Source: Octopus sinensis (taxonomy: Eukaryota). Taken from it: 64,000 nucleotides of DNA. A program made the position numbers and the translations under genes. Each line of letters opens with the position of its first letter. The stretch's first letter is position 1. Location: contig NW_021830456.1 of assembly GCF_006345805.1 (NCBI RefSeq), positions 1-64,000 of the forward strand, written 5' to 3'. Below the pieces are notes generated by a model. The model saw only the letters and a program-made list of their open reading frames with translations. It searched no databases and was not told the DNA's origin. Of the stretch, positions 54,284-64,000 are shown piece by piece.

Positions 54284-54665
54284 GAAGCACTCCGTCGGTT
54301 ACCACGACGACGGTTCCGGTTGATCCGATCAACGGAACAGCCTGCTCGTGAAATTAACGTGTAAGTGGCTGAGCACTCCACAGACACGTGTACCCTTACC
54401 GTAGTTCTCGGGGATATTCAGCGTGACACAAGAGAGTGACAAGGCTGGCCCCACTGAAAACAGGTACAACAGAAACAGGAAGTAAGAGTGAGAGAAAGTT
54501 GTGGCGAAAAAGTACAGCAGGGATCGCCACCACCCCCCTGTCGGAGCCTCGTGGAGCTTTAGGTGTTTTCGCTCAATAAACACTCACAACGCCCGGTCTG
54601 GGAATCGAAAACGCGATCCTACGACCGCGAGTCCACTGCCCTAACCACTGGGCCATTGCGCCTCC
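54284..54665 (-). mobile_element. SINE family A, full length with TSD
   Basis: Homologous to 36649-37031; 11-bp direct repeat AAGTTTCGATT at 54268-54278 and 54670-54680. Confidence 0.92.
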
Positions 54666-54683
54666 ACTCAAGTTTCGATTATA

Positions 54684-55030
54684 GGCTCAGGGGTAAGAAG
54701 TTTGCTCCCAACCACATGGTTCCTGGTTCAGTCCCACGGCGTGGCACCTTGGTCAAGTGTCTTCTACTATAGCCTTGAGCTGACCAAAACCTTGTGAGTG
54801 GATTTGGTAGACGGAAATTGAAATATGTAACTGTTTGTGTGTCTGTGTTTGCCCCCCCCCCATCATCGCTTGACAATCGATGCTGGTGTGTTTACGTCCC
54901 CATAACTTAGCAGTTCGGCAAAAGAGACCGAGAAAATAAGTACTACGCTTACAAAGAATAAGTCCTGAGGTAGATTCACTCGACTAAAGGCGGTGCTCCA
55001 GCATGGCCGCAGTCAAATGACTGAGACAAG
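54684..55030 (+). mobile_element. SINE family C
   Basis: GGTTCAGTCCCACGGCGTGGCACCTTGGTCAAGTGTCTTCTACTATAGCC..GGCGGTGCTCCAGCATGGCCGCAGTCAAATGACTG. Confidence 0.85.
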
Positions 55031-55175
55031 AGGAAAGAAAAATAGAAATAATCTCGAAATAATTTCATACTGACATGAAACAAGTAAAGAATAAAAGAGT
55101 AAAAGAGTATATACACACACACACACACGCATATATATATATACATACATACATATATATATATATGTATATATA

Positions 55176-55232
<57 letters not shown>

Positions 55233-55265
55233 GTAGGTATTATATATATAATATATATATATATA

Positions 55266-55296
<31 letters not shown>

Positions 55297-56288
55297 ATTG
55301 AAATTTATAGAGAAACAAAACAAGAAGACAGGTGTAGGAACAACAAGTGTTTTACTTTGACACACGGGAACAGATGAACATTCTCTTACCTTTCGAATTG
55401 AATAAGAGGAAAGAAACAGAGAGAGAATGAAAAAAGCGGGTAGAGTTCAGCGATCCAATATGGCGAATCACTGGTAAAAATAGTTTGAAAGAAAGGGAAA
55501 TAATAATAATAAAGTATTTAAATGAAAGGGAGATTATAGTGCTAGTGATCCCAACACGACAAAGTGCGTGAGCATGTGTGTGTGTGTGTGTTAAAATGCT
55601 GTGTGTGAGTGTATAAGTATGTTGTGTGAACCTGCGTGAGTGATTCTGACGTGTGTGAGTGTATGTCTGTGTGTGTGCGTTTGTAACGTGTATGTATGTG
55701 TGCGTTTCGTATGTGCTTTTTCACGTGGTGTGTGCACATGTGTGTGTCTGTGTGTGTGAGCAAGCAATGTGAATATGTATGGTATATGTATGTGGGCGAA
55801 ACTTAACTTTATGTATATTGTGCTCGTTAATACGTGTTGCATCATATATACATATGTATGTATGTATGCATGTATGTATGTATGTATGTATGTATGTATG
55901 TATGTATGTATTATATGTATGTATGTATTTATGTATGTATGTGTTTATGTATGTATGTATGCATGTGTGTATGTATGTATGTATGTATGTATGTATGTAT
56001 GTATGTATGTATGTATGTATTTATGTGTGTATGTATGTGCTGAAAAGATTTATTATATATCATACAATATGTATTCTGTATTTCTAGCGTCTATTATGTT
56101 ACGACAATTCAGTGTGCGTAAGATTTGTCGTATATAATCTAACACGATAAGCATTGTAACATATTTGTTGTAACTCAAGAGTTCTGGGCCTTAGTTTACA
56201 TTTTCTAAATACGATAACGCAATATAAAATATTATAGATTTCTTGTAATACTAGCTTGTAAAGATTACCTAACACGAACTGCATGATA

Positions 56289-56839
56289 TACGAGGGTGAC
56301 TCAAAAAGTAATGCCATTTTGTTTAGGACAGGTATACTTACCAACACAGGAACATGTATCATACATCAAAATGAATTTGGTTCTCTGTGAATCACATCCA
56401 TACTTCTCAACATAGCCACCGTTTCTCTCAATCGTAATGTTCCGCCTTCAAATGAGAGCATGTGTTCCTGCCCCGTAAAATTCTGTTGGCTGTTCTTTGA
56501 GCTACTTCCTCGTCACTGGAATAAGTTAGCACCTTCAAACTACCATCTCTTCGGCGCTATAAAAGAGGGTTTGAGAGGCAAAGATTATTCCAGTGACGAG
56601 GAAGGAAAAACTGTAGTGAAGAAGTGGCTCAAAGAACAGTCAACAGAATTTTTCAGAGCAGGGATACATGCTCTCATTCGAAGGTGAAACATTGCTATTG
56701 AGAGAAACAGTGACTATGTTGAGAAGTAGGAGTGTGATCCACAGAGTACCAGCTTCAATTTGATGTATGATATATGTTCCTCTGTTGGTAACTATACCTG
56801 TCCTAAGCAAAATGGATCTATTTTTGACTCACCCTCGTA
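56289..56839. mobile_element. Fold-back mariner derivative (two inverted copies of the transposon 3' end)
   Basis: TA-CGAGGGTGACTCAAAAA / TTTTTGACTCACCCTCG-TA; arms 56289-56524 and 56585-56839 are inverted; + strand encodes LAPSNYHLFGAIKEGLRGKDYSSDEE..KKWLKEQSTEFFRAGIHALIRR*..NSDYVEK* (mariner LAPSDYHLF motif and C-terminus). Confidence 0.92.
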
Positions 56840-57489
56840 CATTGAATGCACTAGTTCGAAATCTTATATATAGTAAAAATTATATATATTCTTCATACAA
56901 TATATGTCTCTCAAAGCTCGTGTCGCTATAGTTCATAATCATTGGACGTGAAAACCAATATGGTGTTCCGTGTTTCTTCTCTTCATCTGCTGTGCGATAA
57001 CACGTTTTTTGTCAGATTAATGTTTGCCTTGTGTCTAACGTTGTATGACGTCCATCCATCTGGACATCTACACTTAGTGATTGGAAGCAAAAACGTTTTC
57101 ACTTTCTTGTGTAAGTCTAGCATTATATGATGTAATTCGGTTGGCAGTTCCTGTATGAAACGGCACCATATGTTTATATACATCTGTGCAGCAATTATCG
57201 TTATATAACAAGGTTCTATGGCTCGAAACATAAAATATTACACAATGTAAGCACGTACAGATGTTCGTCAAACCGTGACGATTCATACCACCATACACAT
57301 TCAAACACACACGGACACACATACACAAACATATATACGCACATGTACACACACATATATTTATACACTCATCCACACACACATACACAGGCACACACAC
57401 ACATACACACAAACACGTATATATATTTTTCCAGTAAAATGTATTACCTCAGCATAGAAGTACGCATGTGTAAGATATAATAATTTGTG

Positions 57490-57617
57490 ATGACAGTGAT
57501 GATGAGGCCGCTGATGCTGACACTGCTGCTGCTGATGATGTTGGTGATGATCATGTCAATGTCGATGACAACGATTATGTTGATGATGATGATCATGATG
57601 ACGACGACGACGACGAC

Positions 57618-57656
<39 letters not shown>

Positions 57657-57925
57657 AATGATGATGATGAAACTGGTGATGCTAACGATGATGACGCTGA
57701 TCATGGTGACGATGATGAAGCTGGTCATGATGACGACGATGACGATATTGATGATGATGATGGTGATGATGATGATGCTAACGATGATTATGACGACGAT
57801 AAGGCGCAGATGATGCTGCCGCTGATAATGGTGATGCTGATGCCGATGCTGATGATGATGATGAAGATGATGTTGATGATGATCACGATAATGATGATAA
57901 TGGCTGTGATGGTAGTGGCGGTGTG
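57490..57925. repeat. Degenerate (GAT)n repeat
   Basis: Direct inspection; spurious poly-M/H ORFs. Confidence 0.9.
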
Positions 57926-58527
57926 GTGGATATGCTCTTAATTGTAAAAACAACAGATATTATGATTGTGTTTTCGCAAAAGCTAAAAAAAGATAAAAAT
58001 ACCAACACCAAAAACAAAAAAAATCTTTTTGCTTTGATTCTCCATCGATAATTTTTTGTTTTAATTTCATTTATATTGCCTTACTTCTTTCTTTTTTTTT
58101 TTTTTTCCTATTTTCTTTCTTTTCTGCGTTCGCTTCCTATGAATAATTGTATATCGTGATTTATCAGTTTCCAGTTATCTATGAACGATTTTAAACAACA
58201 TGTTCAACAGACCTGGGCGGCGTTTGCAGTGTTGCATATAATAAAGATATATAATTAGAATATATGTGAATAGAAGCAAGCCGTTTTAGTTTCTTTTAAT
58301 ATTCTGCTTTTTTTGTGTTGTTGTTGTTGTTGTTTTGGTTTGTTTGGTTTTTGTCTTTGTTTCTCTTCGGTTTCAAAAATAGACAAAAATTCAAACCACC
58401 ATACTGCACTAAACATCATAATCACAATCACAATCCTCGGCTTAGGTCGCAGCCATAAAACATCCTTTTGTCATTTCAATTAAAAATAAACGTGAGAGTG
58501 TTCTGGGATTACATCAGTTTCCTTTAC

Positions 58528-58529
<2 letters not shown>

Positions 58530-58591
<62 letters not shown>

Positions 58592-58773
58592 TAATAATAA
58601 TAATAATAATAATGATGATGGTAATAATAATAATAATAATAGTAATAATGATAATAATAATAATGCTAATAATAATAATGATAATAATAATAATAATATA
58701 ATATATAATAATAATAATAATAATAATAATGATAATAATAATAACAATAATGATAATAATAATAGTAGTTGTA

Positions 58774-58810
<37 letters not shown>

Positions 58811-58825
58811 TAATAATAATAATAA
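58530..58825. repeat. (AAT)n microsatellite
   Basis: Direct inspection. Confidence 0.95.
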
Positions 58826-59595
58826 TCGTAATAATAAATTTGCGCAAATATATCAGCATCTTCGTCTTCGTTGGCAAAGGAAAGCGAAACAATGTGTGTG
58901 CTATTATCGATTATCTGAAAACTATAATTGTTTATGACACAGTTTTATCGATCTCTTCCTCCATTATATTTATCACATGTGTTTATACCTTACCTCTTTC
59001 ACGATGACGAAAAGACGAAAATCCACGAAAAAAAATAAAATCAATCAAGCAATATGTATTCTCCCCATCAGCATTGTGTTTAAAGTTGCCACATTTATCG
59101 ATATAAATATTGGAGTTAAGTTTTGGCACCTTTTAGAATCGGTCTAGCGATTTTATTTCTTTCTTAATGATTTCTCACGCTGCCACAAAACCAGACGTGT
59201 TTAGGAAACTGAATTAATAATAATAGTCTAACGAATTGTCTTGGAATTCTTATTATAACAGACCTCGTGAAGCATGAACGGCAAAGCCATCCCATCCGCG
59301 TTTCGACCATCAAATTAAACTAAATTATTCACTAGGTTGTATAACCGGTTTTAACTATCCAGTCTCTGTCTATATATATATTATCGTTTTTTTTTTATTC
59401 ATTCGTTACTTGTTTCAGTCTTGTGAGCACACTGGAGCGCCACCTTGAAGGGTTTTAGTAGAACTATTCTACCAAAGTGCCAATTTTTACATCTGGTATT
59501 AATTTATTGGAGGCCTTTGCTGATATGCTAAGTTACGGAAACGTAAATTAACCAACGCCTTTTGTCAAACAAAAAGACACACACACATAACCTGC

Positions 59596-59628
<33 letters not shown>

Positions 59629-59827
59629 TGTATGTATGTATGTATATATATATATATATATGTGTATGTGTGTGTGTGTGTGTGTGTTTGTATATATATG
59701 TACATACATATATGTATGTATATGTATGTACAAATATATATATATATACATATTATTTCTGTGGGAGGTTTTGGAACGTAACGTCCACGATACTCGAGGA
59801 ATTACTGCACTGTTCTATGCTTTAGAG

Positions 59828-60136
59828 CAGTGGCTCCCAAACTTTTTAGGGCTGCCGCCCCCTTGACGCCCGGCCTACATTCCTAGCGCCCCCACCCCAA
59901 CTAACCATCACAAACATAGACCTCTTTCGGAAGCAAATTCAAAGCAAATGTATTTTACAAATAAATCTTAATCTAATGAACCCATTATTTTGTTTTTTTT
60001 TATATGAATCGCTACTCCATTATCACCCCACTTGTTATATTAATCGCTACCCCATTCCCGCCCCATTTTTTTCAATGCGCCCTTGGAACTTTCCACCACC
60101 CCCAGGGGGCAATACCACCCACTTTGGGAACCATTG
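59828..60136. mobile_element. hAT (Charlie-like) MITE
   Basis: TIRs CAGTGGCTCCCAAAC / ACTTTGGGAACCATTG; flanking 8-mers CTTTAGAG / CCTTACAA (5/8 match, degraded TSD). Confidence 0.8.
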
Positions 60137-60558
60137 CCTTACAATGTGCTTCTCTTTTGGATATATTATACACTGGCGATATAGATGCATACATACGTAC
60201 ACACACCACCACACATATATATGTAGGTGTGTGTTTCAATACGTGTGTCTGTGTACATGTGAGGGTATATGTGTGTGTATTGGTGTCTATACTCGATCAG
60301 TGCTTGACAACTGGTCAGTGTTTGTTTCTTTACATCCCCATAGGTTCGATAAGTAAATAATCAATGGCTCCATTTTGTTCAGCTACATTTCTCGAGAAGG
60401 AGCTCGGCAAGGCTGAACTCCAATGACAGAATCAGCCCAAAAGATAAACATTAAAAGAAACGCAAAGTGTGATTCAGTGTATATTTCTTTGGTTACTGTT
60501 TCTAGCATGTCGGGAGTCCCTTTAATGATCCCTTTAGAATCGATAAAATCAGTACTAG

Positions 60559-60996
60559 TTACCTCCGCCTCAGCGAAGGTGGGAGGTATTGTTTTTCAGT
60601 CGTGTTCGTTTGTTTGTTTGTCCGTGGGCAAGATATCTCAAGAACAGCAAGAGGGATTCGGGTGAAACTTTCAGGGATGTTTGGCCTCGTGACTGGCACA
60701 AACTGATTAGATTTTAGGATCAATTTGTTTTATTACCCACAAGGGACTAAATGCAGAATGATCCAACTGATTAGATTTGGGGATCGATCCGCTACAGGAC
60801 AAAGATTCTGGATTATTTTTCCGTTTTACTTTTGCTTAATTTTGGAGAGTGGTCGTGTTAATTTTTAGTATTCTCATTTGTGAGAGCAAACGAGTTTATT
60901 TCAGATATCCTCATTTTAAATATTATCTCCTGCTAATCGTTGAGAGGATGTTGGTGTTGCATTGGCGGAGGTTTGCACTCTCTCGATGCTCTTGTT
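60559..60996 (+). mobile_element. Helentron-associated (HINE/DINE-1-like) element
   Basis: 5' TTACCTCCGCC..GGTGGGAGGT, (GTTT)n, 3' subterminal GGCGGAGGT plus short hairpin GCACTC..ATGC, T-rich ends; homologous to 62345-62713. Confidence 0.7.
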
Positions 60997-61494
60997 ATTT
61001 ATTGCTATCGATTTAAATAAACATATTCTATCGTTCTTAAAGATATACGCCGTTGTGCTGTGTTAAAATATTACATACTATCCACTTTTCCTCCATAACA
61101 CTTAATATGTAAAATCCAGATTGATTAATAAACTCGTCAGATTTTAAGTCTCTCAATTTTTCGCTTTTCTATTTTCATTTTTTTCATTTATTGTACTTTT
61201 ATTTTATTTCTCTCAAAATCATCAACAAAAATATCTGTTTTTAATCCTTTCATTCTTGGCAAAATGAAATTTTTATTAAAACGCCCAATTTTCAACAATC
61301 GCTGGCAGCCATGTCAGTTTAAGGTGATTGCCCCTGAGCAAACCTCGAAGTTAAAACGATCATATTTTCACTTCGTTGTACAAATGAGAATATTTCGTCT
61401 TCTTCCTACCGAAAATAGGAGCCGCTTTTTCATTTTACGAAGCCTAAAGGAGAAATTCGTATTAATTTATAATACAGTTCTAGAAATACTAGTT

Positions 61495-62243
61495 TCAAAT
61501 TTTAGCACAGGGTCAGCATTTTGAGGGGATGAGGTAAGCCGACCACAGTACTCAACTGGTACTTATTTTTTGATCCCGAAAGGATGAAAGGCAAAGTCGA
61601 CCTCGGCGGAATTTGAACTCAGAACGTAAGGCCGATTAAATAAGTACCAGTCACGCACTGGGGTCGATATACCAGTTCGTAACTGGTACTTATCGACCCC
61701 GAAATACCACTAAGCATTTCGCCCGGCGCGCTAATGCTTCTGCCAGCTCGCCGCCATATATATCTAAATATGCTTCTTTCGAATTTTGGTACAAGGCCAG
61801 CAATTTGGGGAGGGGTTGAGTAAAGTCGATTACATTGACCCCAGTGCTGAACTGGTACTTATTATATTCCTTTCTACTCTAGGACATTGCCTGAAATTTT
61901 GGGGGAAGGGGCCAGTACGCGACTGGTACTTATTATATTGACGCTGAATAGATGAAAGACAAAGTCGACGTCGGTGGAATTTGAAATCAGAACGTAAGGA
62001 CAGATGAAATACCTATATCTTTATTACCCAAAAGGGGCTATCATATAGGGGGAAAACAAGAGCAGACAAATGAATTAAGTCGATTACATCGACCCCAGTG
62101 CATAACTGGTACTTAATTTATCGACCTCCGAAAGGATGAAAGGCAAAGTCGACCTCAGCGGAATTTGAACTCAGAACGTAACAACAGACGAAAAACCGCC
62201 TAGCATTTCGCCCGGCGTGCTGACGCTTCTGCCAGTTCCCCAC
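61495..62243 (-). mobile_element. Cluster of head-to-tail SINE family B copies, incl. a dimer and a rearranged copy
   Basis: Reverse-complement cores at ~61580, 61840, 61950 and 62130; heads at ~61750 and ~62240. Confidence 0.85.
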
Positions 62244-62344
62244 CTTATTATATTAACTTGTTGTGATTTGAATAATTTTGTCTTCCAGATCGGTACACAA
62301 ATGAAACTAAACACTAACAAAGAGAACTTCAAGAATGCCAATCC

Positions 62345-62713
62345 TTATTACCTCCGCTAAGGCGGAGGTATTGTTTTCAGTCGTGTTTTTTGGTTAGTTT
62401 GTCCGTGAACAAGATATCTCAAGAAGCGCTTGATGGATACGGATGAAACTTTCAAGGATGTTTGGCCTCGTGACTTATACAAACTGGTTAGATTATGGGA
62501 TCGATCAGCCACGGGACAAGGATTATTTTTTCCTGTTTTTGTTTTTTTTTTTGTTTTTTTTTTGAGAGCGGTCGGATTCATTTTTAGTCTCTCTTTTGAG
62601 AGGAGTCGAGTTTAGTTGAGATATTTTCATTTTAAAACATCATATCTGGCCAATCGTTGAGAGGAAGTTAGTTTTGCCTTGGCGGAGGTTTGCGCTCTCT
62701 AAGTGTTCTTCTT
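62345..62713 (+). mobile_element. HINE/DINE-1-like element, second copy
   Basis: Palindromic 5' subTIR ACCTCCGC-TAAG-GCGGAGGT (62350-62369); 3' GGCGGAGGT at 62681-62689 plus hairpin. Confidence 0.75.
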
Positions 62714-62727
62714 TCTTATTTGCATAA

Positions 62728-62940
62728 GGCGCCGAACTGGCAGAATCGCTAGCACGCTCAACAAAATGCTTAGCAGTATTTCGTCAACCGCTACGTTCTG
62801 AGTTCAAATTCAGCCGAGGTCGATTTTGCTTTTTATCCTTTCAGGGTCGATAAAATAAGTACCAATTGAAAACCGGGGTCGATATAATCGACTCATCCTC
62901 TCCTCCAAATACCTGCTCTTGTGGCAAAATTTGAAACAAT
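62728..62940 (+). mobile_element. SINE family B monomer
   Basis: GGCGCCGAACTGGCAGAATCGCTAGCACG..GAGGTCGATTTTGCTTTTTATCCTTTCAGGGTCGATAAAATAAGTACC..CTTGTGGCAAAATTTGAAAC. Confidence 0.85.
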
Positions 62941-63705
62941 TACTTCTCATTTGTATGTCGAATAATGTGCTCGTGAACCATGTGACATATTTTGGTATAA
63001 AGTTTCAGTATTTTGGATTGAATTCCTCTGGGAAGCCTTTTATTCCTATCTTATAGGCATGGAAAATGAAGTTTTCTCCAAATAACTACTTTCGTATCAT
63101 AGTCCAACCAACGTCCTATCAGTATAGATATTCTTAAGATGAATTTCGATGTAATTTATATTATGATATAGAAAAAATGAGAGAAGGTTGGAAGGGAACA
63201 AGGGAAAATAAGGATTCACTTGTTGCTTCTAGTCTTTTGTGTAGAAAAATGCTTTCAGATATTTATTTTTGAGGTAGAATGAATACACAAAAAGTTTAAC
63301 GTTTTACGTCGAATTCGTAATATGGGGATAAAGTCATATATGCGCTCCACTTCATTTTCTATTGGACCCGCATTCTCAACCATGACATTCGTTGATCTAT
63401 ACTGCTTGTATATGTATGTGTGTGTGTGTGTGTGCGTGTGTACGTATACATGTATATATATATATACATATATAGTTATACATATACATGCTATACATAA
63501 ATATATACATATATACATGAATATAAATACACGTATATATATATATCATATATATATATATTCATATTTATATTAATATATATAATATATATATATAATA
63601 TATATACATACATACATAATATATATTTATCTATATATACATATATATATATATTCATGTATCCATATATATATATGTATATGTATGTATGTATGTAGTA
63701 CATAT

Positions 63706-63739
<34 letters not shown>

Positions 63740-64000
63740 TATATATATATATATATATATATATATTCATGTATCCATATATATATATATATGTATGTAT
63801 GTAAGTACATATATATATATATATTAAATATACACACCCACATATTATATATGGAAAAGGACAGACGAAGAGAGAGAGAGAGAGAGGTGGGAGTGATGGT
63901 ACAGATGTAAAGAGAAGAATGATAGTCAGCAGGTGAGTGTGGAGTTATAGTAGAATACCGTAAGACAACCAAAAGACACCCATCGCGACTAGACTGCCGA

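Noticed and set aside
37931-62243. Repeated SINE cores as a CRISPR-like array
   Set aside because: Eukaryotic context, irregular spacing, non-unique spacers, tRNA heads and TSDs
63895-63936. Strong CAG|GTGAGT donor near the window end
   Set aside because: No credible acceptor upstream; single signal only

Overview
AT-rich eukaryotic DNA saturated with microsatellites ((TA)n, (CA)n, (AAT)n, (CATA)n, (TCTA)n, (ATC)n, (AAG)n). The repeat families look like those I recall from Octopus genomes; that assignment comes from pattern recognition, not a search. I found no recognisable host protein-coding exon, rRNA, true tRNA or CRISPR array, so the window reads as intergenic or giant-intron sequence. 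Almost all ORF-track entries are microsatellite artefacts. The real protein-like ORFs are transposon relics: two R4/Dong-like restriction-endonuclease non-LTR fragments, an RTE-like RT, a CR1/L2-like 3' end, a probable Gypsy gag and two mariner C-termini. Three abundant tRNA-derived SINE families are present, plus a Helitron, two Helentron/HINE-like elements, a hAT MITE and several short Penelope-like ends. The most interesting points are: (i) short elements carrying minimal hammerhead-ribozyme-like motifs, all with their 3' ends joined to (TA)n (retrozyme-like); (ii) a LINE whose 3' stem-loop is shared with the tail of one SINE family, suggesting the partner LINE; (iii) retroelements sitting in specific microsatellites; (iv) a SINE with monomer, dimer and multimer cores, one dimer bracketed by a 17-bp TSD; (v) fold-back and inverted-repeat elements; (vi) a few weak exon or microexon candidates. 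I cannot show that any of this is a previously undescribed system.
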